Shown: in pieces, positions 1-11,723 of the stretch
How positions within the stretch are numbered: the stretch's first letter is position 1
How the letters are laid out: the number at the start of each line of letters is the position of its first letter
Origin: Takakia lepidozioides
Taxonomy: Eukaryota; Plantae; Bryophyta
NCBI GenBank assembly: GCA_030704615.1
Contig: CM060733.1
Span: 8,308,001 to 8,372,000, forward strand
Length of the DNA stretch: 64,000 nucleotides
Reading direction: 5' to 3'
Notes under the pieces: model-generated
The model's input: the letters and a program-made list of their open reading frames with translations, nothing else
Databases searched by the model: none
What the model was told of the DNA's origin: nothing
Made by a program: the position numbers and the translations under genes

Positions 1-1146
1 AAGAATTTGTAGACAAATGACCTCTCTTTCATTACATTTCTTGGACATGTGAAACAACCTTTCAAGAGTCACTTTATCAATCCAGGGATTCGCATTCTAC
101 CATTTCTGATGAGCCGTCCTTATTTTTATGGGCAGGAGGCGAGTCTAGCAAGGAGTTAGTCATAAGCAACCGCATTTTGCTAAAAAGCAAATGGGAATTC
201 TGAAGATCCAAAGGCCATCTGGTCCTGGGGATGAACTTCTGTTGGACCCTCCTAGAAACAGGTGAGGGAGGGCAGGTGCTTATGCTGCAACAGTGATGGA
301 CCAATCCTCTAAACTACAACGCACGTCCACAAGGACGACTTATGAAGAAATAGCAGTGGCCCTTTATGTTACTCTCTGTATTGGAACATGTTTTCTTTAG
401 AGGGCAAGTACACTGGAAGGCTGGTCCTGGTTCCAATCTCCTGGTGTGGACTTCAACAGATTACAAGTCTTTAGGCATTTGCAAGCTTGATGTCAAACCC
501 CTTTAAAAGCTTTGGACCCCAAGGTATGTGCCTTCACCCCTTATGGATGACAACCTTTGTCAGTTTCCAGTACCCCAGGCACTTGTAGCAACTGTAGAAA
601 GGTGTGATCACTGTGATCAAGGCCTCGCTTATCCAGCTAGGGTAGAATAATCCCCTCATCAATGGGACAGTTTAAAGGCAGACTATGGACACTTACACCT
701 CAATTCAACTCTTTACTTCTGCTTCAACTGTCAGTCAAACAATCTGAAAAGCACCCTTCAATGGTGTTGATAGATCAAGGCCGAAGATGAATCAGAAGAT
801 GAATCAGGCCACACCACATATTTGTTCGTGCCTATACTTTAATACTCCGCTCAACCCCCACACTGAAGGACGGCGCACAGTTCCGAGTTCCCAGAAATTT
901 ACTTAATCATTCTGAGTCACTAAATGACAAGATCCAAGCCAGAAGCACCCCACCAGAGCTACAGCTAACGTACAACGTGCATGTGCTTGCTGTCTGCATG
1001 CAGTGGTCCACCTGCCTACGATCTTCTCCCAGTTTCATTCCACCTTCCACAAATGTAAACGGAGGTCTGGCGTCCAGTGTGAACCGGGCCAGTTGACGCG
1101 CAGCAAAGGTAGAGCTCGCCCACAAGACTTGTCCAAAGAGACTTGC

Positions 1147-1170
1147 AGAGAGAGAGAGAGAGAGAGAGAG
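1147..1170. repeat. (AG)n microsatellite
   Basis: Perfect AG run, next to a GC-rich patch (1210-1350) that looks like a 5' UTR/promoter. Confidence 0.9.
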
Positions 1171-2208
1171 GCGCTGGCAAGTGAGAAGATGATTGGAATT
1201 TTGGAAGCGTGCGAGGGCCGCAACAGGACCCCGCCAGCAGCCGCCGACTGTCGGTCGCTGGCCGCAAGTGAGGCGGTGGAGCCCCGAGTAGGCTTTTGGC
1301 CGGACACGCCGCGCGGGTGCTGCTCTTGTCTCCCTCCGTGGACTTCTCTGCGATGAATACTACAAGTGTACAATGCAGATTCAATGTATGTACATGCGGC
1401 GAGATGTGTTATGAGAATTATTTTTAAGTTGTTTGTTTTATCGGAAGGAAAATGTAGCTTTGTTGTTGGGGCAGGACTCCGCAAAGGGTTTGTGGAGTGC
1501 TGGTAGTGATTCTTAAAATTGGCAAGCGAAGTAATTTAAGACAATGGAATATTTCATCCATGTTTTTAGATGAAGTATGTAAACAGGATGCAGTAGTTCA
1601 TACAGTCTAGTTGGTGCATGTTTGAGAGAGGTGAGAAAGACACATCACCCAGCAATGGTATATGTTTGGGAGAGACTTTCTATACAAAGGTGATTAGTGC
1701 ACAGAATTTGGGATTGTGTAACAGGTAGTCTTATAGTCATGTTAATCAGTTTACAACCCACTCCTAAATTACAATTCCATGCATTTAATTTGCTCTCATC
1801 CTAGCAATGTTATCTTCATGTATTTCAAATTGTTGGTGGAGCCTAAATATGTAGAGCAGTTTCATTCGGGCCCTGATTCTAGAGTGGTCCAGGAATTACT
1901 GTGGCCCAGGAATTAGAGTGGGGCGCTTATGTAGTAAGGCCATGTGTATTAAGGACTGAGATGAGGGGTCCAAAAAAAGAAGGGAAGAATAGGGAAGCTA
2001 CAAAACTAAATTCTCAATTAGTTATTTATTGGCTCTCGTCTAGATAGAGAGACTACGCAACATGTTCAAGTCAAGGGAGAAAATGTGGTCAAAGGACCTT
2101 ACACCAAGAGAGCCAGTGCCATTTGAGGCTTGTAATTTACTATTACTAATAGTATTTACTATTATTAATATAATTTGTTAGTAAATAGTTAATAGGGTTA
2201 TATGTTCA

Positions 2209-5200
2209 CTAGTCTTGCATACCAAGCTCCGCAAAACATGCCAACCTCTTCCTTTCCAATTCCCTTTCTTTCATCAAGTCACTTCCTAAGCGAAACACCT
2301 GAAATCGTAGGAAGAGTTTCTATCATGATTTTTAGAGATGAAATCCCATGATGTCAATAGGCATAACTGCAAAATATAACAGTGGAAGAGAATTAAAAAT
2401 GTGAAGAATAGTGAAATGAATATCGTTGGTGACCTTACACTAAAACTAATAAATTTGAATGTGTGGTAGAAAATGCACCTTCAAACCCACACCTAACAGT
2501 TTATAGCACTATGGACCGACCCCACTATGTAAATGATCATGAGATGAAGTAATCCTACGGCATAAAAATATTTTTTTTAAATAATTTTTTTTATTCTTCT
2601 TAACCCAAAATTCACATGGAGATGGAAGTACAAATGGATAGAATAGTCACCTTAACCTTCTTGCCATGAGATGAAGCAAAATACTGACAAAGTTGGTGGT
2701 TGAAGGATAATGCAAAAACAGGTTCTCCATCATTAACGATAGTTAAGTGAGGATGCAACATACTTTTCTGAAAATTGTGACACACACATATCCCACCAAA
2801 GCATGAGGCCAATGTGTAGGCATATGTATATTAAACTACATTTGGAGAAGTTGAATTGTGCATATCATATTAGAGGATTTTGTTTCTAAATAAATAAATA
2901 AAACAACTAATATTTTACCATAAAAATTATACTAAGTTTTCATCATTCATGACTCAAACTGTTTCCATTGATTAAAGAGATGGAACTTACATCGTCACTA
3001 ACTTGAACTAAAGCAATGTGTAGTTGGTACCTGTAAATCGTAAAGATATATACAACCGTCTCCTGAACCCACGGCTAAAACAAGTGGCCGGAATGGAGAC
3101 CACTCCCCACACATAACATTATTTTCTGAAGGCTCTAGTCTCACAAGAGGTTTGGTCTGCAAAATGCAATTAGCTGTTACATTTCAGAATTTATAGATAA
3201 TTTACTTAAAAAACCTGGCAAACACAAATTAGTTACATGATTATTAGTCAAATTAAACAACATTACACTATAACAATGTATTTAAGTTCTAGAATGGCGG
3301 AAGATTTACCTGGAGGGCATTGTACAAATTTACAAAACCATCATACCCACATGATAAGAACATGTGTTGATGAAATGGTGAAACACTGATAGAATGCACA
3401 GGCCCCACATGAGCATCATACTTGGCCTTTATAGGGCTTCGCAACTTGACCATCTTCCATGCATCTGTTACCCTCAATCTTTAACTTGTTAGCAAATTTT
3501 AATAGGGCCTCTTCCACAACTAGCAATCATTCTTAATATAAAACACATGTCACTGCATTCATCGTATTCCAGTATTATTTTTATTTTTATAAAATCGCAG
3601 GCGGGCCCACATGTGAATTCCACCCAGTGCCCATGTGGCGAGAATAACAAGGTGGCAGGGTTAGAAAAGTGGCTTAAGTAACAGGTGGCACATTCTAACT
3701 GGTCCGCATTGGCAAATTCAGGCTCCTGATATTGAACTGTTGGCGCTTTTTGGCGAAATTTTCGGATTTTACCCCCCCATAATTCCTTTGTAGAAATAGC
3801 TGACCCATTGTCCAAGTCGAAATTTGACGATTTTTTGCCAGGGAAAAAAATGCTATCGTATTCTGGATCTTTAACATATTAAATTGGCATCTAAAAGTTT
3901 TTTCATATTTCCTTTGTAAACTACAAGTTTATGAAAAATATTTACCTGGATTGCTAATTTGATGAGCAAATTCTTCCAACATTTGCTCATTGTGGTGCAA
4001 CTTGCATTTGTAAATTGTGCCACTATCAGTCCCCACTATGAACGAATTATCGTCATTCTTCTTTGAAGCAAACCCAAATGACATGCATGTTCCTGGAGAT
4101 TTACATCCAACAAATACCTATTATAAAAAATCATGTTAATCAATATCAACACATCAGAAAAGAAAGCAAACTTGGCCAACTTCCAAGGAGATAGTGCCTT
4201 CATAGTATCATGGCGTTCTCTTACAGATTGCTTTGTCCTTAGCTTGTTGGGAGAACTTGTCTCAAAAGGCAAAGGCAAGCGATGGTATTCTTTGCTTTTC
4301 ATGTCAAAAGGAAGAATGTAAACTTACTAAGTACCTGCTTTGCCCACTTACATCTCGTATTTGTTCCTTTGTACGTTAGTACAGTTCTTGTGAGTGTATA
4401 GTATACTCGCAAGTGTTTGTCTATGTACATATAAGGCAACATGCCTACTCTATATGGATGGAACTCGTAAAATCAACATTACATATAACATGCTTTACGT
4501 AGATGCTTTGAAAAAAGTCAAGCTTCTTAAGTACTTTGATGCCTCTTGGGAACGGAGATCAGACATCTTTTGCTCTAGCAAATTTCGACCTGTGCACATT
4601 GTGAACTTGAGCACCTTCCCAATTGTAGGAGTCTCACGTAACACACGATCTTCTCCAATTGATATCGACCAGGACATCAATTATTGTGTGATCACAAGAA
4701 AAAAGATGAACTTTAAGCCTTTGCGACATAAAACTTTAGTGTTGTTTCAGCTATGAGGTTCAAGCTATGCAAGGTTAATTTTTTCTTTAACATTTTTAAA
4801 GTTCATGATATGTGTAATGTCAATCATTTTTCTTGCACATGACCCTGGACACTTGGGCCAACGGCACAGGCTACCCTATATGGGTAATGTCAATCATTTT
4901 TCTTGTATATATCATCAAAGTTGAAAGACATATATTATGGGTAATAAATTTTACTACGTACATTCCAGTGTTGTACTGGTATAGAGGGTTTCACCTGGAT
5001 ATCAATATTGGGTATAAGTCTGGTATTGCAGAACCTACCCGACTGTTATTGATTTTTCAATACCAGTACTGATACCAGTACTACCCAGCCATCTTCCTCA
5101 TTTATATTGGTATCAATACTATATTAAATTATTATATATATGCATATGTATTCATACGTATTTATATTTAATATTATATTATATTATATATTTTATTGTT

Positions 5201-8200
5201 TTGTTTATTTACTTGGAATGATACCCTATTGATACTATATACCACATGTTATTTGTGGTCATAATACTCATATTCATACCAGATACCCAACTGGTATGTC
5301 CTAAACCTGATACCAGTACAACACTGGTACATTCCTTCTTCATCTTGGCAATGTAATCTTAGTATCAATGATTATTGATGAATTAGTCACATACCATACT
5401 ACAAATAATATGCATGTATTGATATCAATCCATACACATTACAATATAACATTTATAGTTTGTACTAATCTATTTTTAATAATCTATGATATTGATTTAC
5501 CTCCCCATTTCAACAGCTTTGACGTTTGAGGTTGTGCATAGAAAAGACCGTACCTACATCCAACTTTAGACATCTTAGTGGAGTAGGTAGTAAGAGTGGG
5601 AATATATATGCCAAATCATGATATTAGTGTATAAAGATATTATATATATATATATACAACATAAATATGAATCTTCTTGGAATGAAAATGACATGAAATA
5701 ATTTAGAGTCAGTTCAGCCCATCATCATTAATGCATTATTAATAGTAAGCATTCAAATATTCTAGATATTATATTATATTATACTGATGGTAATTAATCT
5801 TATTAATTCTAATATTACTAAAAATATTAATATGTTAAAATAACATCATTAGAAACAAATCTAATAAGTAACATTAATATTTTTTATATTGAATATCACA
5901 TACCCATAGATTGGATTACTAAGATTGCTGGTGGACCAAATCAGCATTCGTCCATCTGTACTAATAGTAATAATCTGCAATAATGTTAGCTTTGTTAATT
6001 GAAAAAACGGTTTATCTCCAGCTATGCAATAGTTGTAACAATGGACATGGCTTAACAACTTTTAATATTTATAATTGAGTTTTCAAAAATTTCCAAAAAC
6101 CCCACGGTCAGATGTGCTCTTGCATGGAGGAGGCCACGTAGAGTTGACTGCTACGTGGCCATCTCTGATTGGACAGCACTTTCATGCCCAGGGGGTCAAT
6201 TTTTATAATTTCTACCATTGGATGTTGGCATAATTTGGACCAGGGTTTAGGTGTGAAGAGAGTCACTACCTCACCAGAGGGATTTGGAATTTCAGCAATA
6301 TTTCGTAGCATCTTTTGGAGGCCAAATCCCAAATTCTAAATCTTTGCAATGAAGGTAGTTTGAATCCCCCCAGAAACACATACAAAGCACCCCCATGCTA
6401 ACCCTCACATTTGCCCCTCATTTGCATTGACCTGTCATTCCTACCAAAGATTAGGAATGTGTGGAATAAAGACTCCACAAAAATCTGAAAACCTCTCAAA
6501 TTAGTTGGTCAAGGCTGAAAAACCATGTTTTCAAAAACAAAAGCAAAAAATTCATCCTCTCTAAAACCATATAATCTCCCACATTTCACGGTGAAACAAG
6601 TTCATTTTTGGTGAGTGCATGCAAGTGTTAGGGTTCTTTTTTTTGGATGATTTTTGATAGGTAGTAAGTCTCATTTTACTGGGCATGGATAGTAATTTTC
6701 AGGTGTCAAAAAATGAACCATGTAGGAAGTTAAGGGTTAAGGTTGTACCTGATATTTAGCTTTTCTTATTTGATGTCTATTATCTTCTTGATAATCACAA
6801 TGCCAAGACACCTGGTTTCATACGCCCCAAGATATAATTAAAAAATACCTTACACTGGAAACATCGCAGCTGTTGTCACTAAGGCATTTATTCTACAGTA
6901 CCACTTCCAATTGTAGAGATAAATTTGTTATTTCCAGAACTTTGTTCATCAAGTTAGAGATATTTTTTAATCAGAAAATTTAGTATTAAAATAGTAAATA
7001 TTCCTTTTCAAAGATAAGTGTCCCAATCTACAATAATGATGCATCCATCTATTGTTGTGAATTCATTCATATATTGTTTTCTGCAGATATATAGAACATA
7101 TGCTAACTTTGGTGCGACGTCATCACCTCTATGAGTCATATTTTGGCAACAAAGAAAAAGGTAATAAAGTTTCCTCTCAGTGTCTCCTGTTCTCATTATA
7201 AAACTAATAATTACTCAAATGGTTCAAATCAACAACCTGTGTAATTGGATCAGTGTGTGAGGCATGACTAATTTGAGATACTGCTTGTTGCGGGTCATCC
7301 TCATTAAGATCCCATATGTACAACTCTCCTGCATAATATCCAAACATCTCAGTATCTTATAGATATATATATATAGTCTATCGTTTCCATGCCCAATATG
7401 CATATGTGCTATAGAAGTAAATATTATTGTATGCAGATGACTGCCATACTTATATCAATTGAATTTATTTGAATGAATGAGCATGTAATAAGCTTTATAC
7501 AAACTAACCTGTTTCTTATATAGCCATTTTGAAATAGTTCACATAATAGCATACCATTGTATGTGCCTCCAGCGATGAGGGCCGGAGAGGTGGGATGAAA
7601 TGCAATACACATCAAACAGTTCTGCACACACAATCTCAAAAGTTAAACCCAACAACAAAGAATATTTAAAAAAAATTGTAGTAGAATAATATTTTAATGC
7701 AATAACTAGATGGCTAGATGAATTAAAAAAAACTATAAATAAAATGAATGAATCGCCCAGAAACAAAAAAAATGAATTGACTGACTTCAACTAAACTTCA
7801 ACGGATTCTTAGTTTTCCTTTGTGTGGTTTTGAAGTTCATCTATAATTTAGAGCATTCCTTAGCAAGACCAACTTAGTAGTCTTCTAGCATTTAGTGCTT
7901 ATCACTTTTCTTTTTCTTTTTTTGGTTATCACTTTGTTTATAAAAACTTAACAATGTACAATGACATTGTACTTGTAGTGCCATTGTGCATAACCCTTAA
8001 ATGACGAACTCCCTTTTGGTGGGCCCACTAAAAAAAAGTGAGTACTTTCATGGACGAGGGTGTAACTTTTTACCCCCAATCATCCATGGGGATGAACCTT
8101 ATACTTACGTGCATATCTACTACATCCACGTCATCTCAAAAGTGTAGGCAATTTGACCATTGCATTTGGGAGATTATAACAAAATGATCTACCCCAATTT

Positions 8201-10771
8201 TTAGATGTAATATTTCAAAATTGTATGAAAAAATGGTTTGACCACAAAATCAAGTATTGGGTTGAATTCTCCCAGACACAGGGCCTACATAGTCTGATTA
8301 CCTAAAGGCCTCCCTCCCCCAAAAATCAGACCAAAATCCCAAAAATTGAGATAGACAGCTTTGTATGTGAAATCTGGGGGATAAATTGTAATGTTTTGGC
8401 CTTTTTTCCCAAGTACACCCATGAGGTGATATTTGTTTTGTAATTCCTTCGGTAAGTAAGTGCACATTAAGATTTCATAGTGTCTTGTCCAAATTGTTTG
8501 GCATTACGATACATTTTCAGCCCTAGATGTTATTTACAAGATTGCCCATTTGGGCTGCCATATGGGTAGGTTAATGGGGCTAAACACTGGATTTCCTGCC
8601 CTCCTCGCATTTTGCAAAATTCTAGACAGCGGAGCTTTTATCATTTTAGGGCGTTGTAAATTCCCACATGTGCTCCTCCCTAATCTGTACAATTTATATT
8701 TAGGGTTCACTTCCATCCACTGCCATCCATGAAAGCTGGATCCTGGCAAAAATCTGATGCGACCTGATGCGGGTTGTGTCATACTTTAGAGGTTAAATTC
8801 AAACAATTGTAGTTTTAAAAATTGATTTAAGACCAAATAATTGTTGACATCATTGAACTCCATTAAAAAAGAATGAGAAATATTAGAAGCTCACATCAAG
8901 CTTGATAGTTACATTAGGTTTGTCGGGGAGCTCCTGCTGTCCAATGGTCCATGTACAAAGAGCCCCAGGATGTGAGCACCACCCCACCGTATCCTTCCTC
9001 CCATATCTGCTAATCAAAAGAAATAGACGTTGACAATCTTACCACACCTCATGAATCATATCATATATATTAAGTGTAAGTTATTATACTATTGTGAGTA
9101 TGACATGTGCCTTTACATATGTTTTTTCTTTAGGGGACTGATAACTAAGTGATGTCCTAGTAGTAGTACTCGTTGTTATAATTAAATGTGTTACAATGTG
9201 AAAAATATATTTTATTTAGATCACCCATAATTTTATTTTTAAATCTTAAAGTTTAAATTATATATGTATATATATGGAGGGGAGTTATGTGTAAAATACA
9301 TAAAAGAAAGAAAGAAATAAATATTTGTAGCATGGTTAGGTTTTAACAAATAACTTTTCTAAGTGACATCATTACTTTCAAAGTGCTAGGCTATCAATAA
9401 TGACTAAAATATTTTCTTAAATAAATCATTCAATTGTTTTGAATATGAATCATCAGGACTCAGCAATATAAGGCCAAGTGATAGTACCCTGCAGCAATGA
9501 CAAAACCTGTTGCGTTCCATGAAAGGCAGGTACACACCAGTGATGCCATTCCTGTTTCTGAAGTAGTGCATTTCTCATCCCTCAATTCATTGTCAAATGG
9601 GTTCAGCTCATAAACCAATTCTGGATCGTCAGCTGAATCATCCAGACCAATTGGACCTGCACAGAAATTATCTACATCTATTGGTAACATTTATGCACCC
9701 ACACCACATCAAAATGGTGCAGCTTGATTAAAATCTATATGACTACTACTTCTACTTCATTTAATAGGGTATTATTATTACATTTATTATTATTTTTCCA
9801 AATTTTACTCATTATGAAATAATCAAGCGATGTGCATGAGGTAGGTCTTCTAGTAGTTAATATAATGCTGACAGTACAATAAGAAGAGAATTTGTAATAC
9901 AATACTTAGAAAGATGTCTGATTCTGATGTGAGGTTTTCCTCAATTGCTGCTGTCAAAATGGGCTCCATCCAGTGAAGGCTATGTAATAGTGAAATCACA
10001 TTCGCTTGATGCCATATATCTCCCTTTAGAGTTTGGGCCATCTCATGCACTTCTGTTTGTATCTGAAATTAAGAATATTGAAAAACTGTATTGGTTAGAT
10101 AGAAATTGACAAATTCTGATAGTAAGTGATTCTAGCTAGTGATGTAAGTCCCACTTCAAAGAAAATAATAACACTTGTAATCCTAGTTAGCAGCAATAGT
10201 GGGGCGAGTCACTGGGTTGTGTGTTGTATGTGTGTATATTGAAAAATGAGAAAATATTTTAACCATGGAGAATTATATCTATAGGTTTAATTGATAATCA
10301 AAGTAGCTATTAGCAAGGTGATACTGGGCTCAAACCGTGACAACTGATTTTTTTGCTTATATACACTCTCATTAGGACATTTGCCAAGCACTATTGTAGA
10401 AAAAGCTAAAAATAAAATAAAATAAAATATGCTAAGCTATTACTATGGAGAAAACTCACAAGTATCCAATACTGCATTATATTAGACTCATAGTGTGAAT
10501 CATGTTCATCCGTTGATCAAAATGTGTACTTTACATAGCCATGCAAGGCGAGATAAAGAGTATTGAGTGAAAAAGGAAATCATACACAGATAGTTTGAAC
10601 TGGCCATGAAGCTTGACAAATAGCACTTGCTTGAGTCACTGCTTGTGTTTGGCAAGCACTATGTCGCATTTGTAGGCATTTTTGCCATGTGCAAACTATC
10701 AAGGCTTGCATGGCGCTATCAATGTCACTTAACTTCGCCTCCGCATGTGGTGGTGACATTTCCTTGTGCAT
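2209..10771 (-). CDS. WDR34: WD40 dynein-2 (retrograde IFT dynein) intermediate chain, WDR34/DYNC2I2/FAP133 orthologue; 14 exons, ~534 aa
   Basis: GT-AG exons with compatible phases: 10586-10771, 9906-10062, 9488-9656, 8895-9006, 7555-7621, 7237-7328, 6749-6811, 5904-5974, 5501-5553, 3946-4092, 3310-3464, 3031-3156, 2651-2767, 2209-2298 (1605 nt, ending in TAG). Diagnostic peptides: N-terminal QT motifs (ACQTQ, VQT, IQTE), [84 protein letters not shown]. Start ATG could be 10771 or 10759. Confidence 0.9.
4966..5326. mobile_element. hAT-family MITE in a WDR34 intron
   Basis: TIRs CAGTGTTGTACTGGTAT ... ATACCAGTACAACACTG, exact 8-bp TSD GTACATTC (4958-4965 and 5327-5334), AT-rich core, internal TACCAG-type subterminal motifs. 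Confidence 0.9.
7994..8792. mobile_element. Degenerate TTAA-type (piggyBac-like) MITE in a WDR34 intron; same family as 44692-45665
   Basis: Ends ATAA|CCCTTAAATGACGAA ... GTCATACTTTAGAGG|TTAA. Shares internal blocks with the 44.7-kb copy (GGGATGAACC, AGATTATAACAAAATG, AAAAAATGGTTTGACCA) in the same order. Confidence 0.6.
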
Positions 10772-11619
10772 GTTTGATTTGTTATGCTACTAATATCATC
10801 ACAACTAATTGTGCATGAGTACCCTAGCAATGAGGGATGAACTAACACTTGTAAGTCTAATGAAAAGTTGGGTTAATTTTGACCAGCCAAACAGATTTCC
10901 TAATACCCATATGAGATTTTTTTCTTAAAAATGTGTCCCATCAGTTCACAATATAAGAGAAAGCTGCTTGCCGTAACATTGGATGTGGCTTTTTGGTCTT
11001 GACAAAATGAAGGGGGAAGATGAAGAAGTAGGTAGTTATGATGACAAACTACTTATCCAATGTAAGCATCCAATAAATGGTCAAGTCCTTAGAGCGCAGA
11101 GTTGTCTTGTAAGTGGTTGTGGGTTCAAAGCCACATAGGTGTATGTTGGATGTCACCCATCATCCATCATGGCCAACCCATCCATATAATGGAAGGTACA
11201 TGGGTCAATTGGTTACATAATGTGTGGGTACATTGGGACTTTCCGGTCCAAGGGGGGAAATTGGGCAACCACGTTGTTGTTAAAAATTGTCACCTTCCAG
11301 ATGCAGTAGCACTTCGGCAACAGCCTTCATTATTTCTTATTATATATATAATATTAAAAATCTTATTTTAAATTAATTATTTAAATTTTAGAGTCTTTAA
11401 TTTTCTTACCTTTAAGAAGTAATGAGACAATTGATGTAATAATGGATGGACCACTAAAATCTAAGTTGGGGTTGCATCTAAATGACATATTTATTATTTA
11501 TTGGCATATAAAGTTATTTTCTTTTAATCTAGAGACTCAGTCCACACTATGTATTGATCATTGACGATAATATGCCATTGGAAAAGATTGCAGTGCTGTT
11601 GGATATGTACTAGGAGTTT

Positions 11620-11723
11620 TATGGGAAATACCGGGGAGCGACCGCTCACATTATAGTGAGAGGAAAGAAAAACCTCTTTTCAACTCACCAACACTAAGCT
11701 GTCGCTCCCAGGTGTTTCCATTA
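11620..11723. repeat. Short imperfect inverted repeat (MITE-like fold-back)
   Basis: TATGGGAAATACCGGGGAGCGAC pairs imperfectly with GTCGCTCCCAGGTGTTTCCATTA about 60 bp downstream. Confidence 0.55.

Noticed and set aside
907-1484. Overlapping ORFs near the window start
   Set aside because: They span an AG microsatellite and a GC patch; this may be the 5' end of a minus-strand gene, but no product could be supported.
6052-6740. Third piggyBac-like MITE (also ~3481-3882)
   Set aside because: TTAA flanks and one GGG|TTAA end are present, but the two ends do not form a convincing TIR; noted only as probable insertions.
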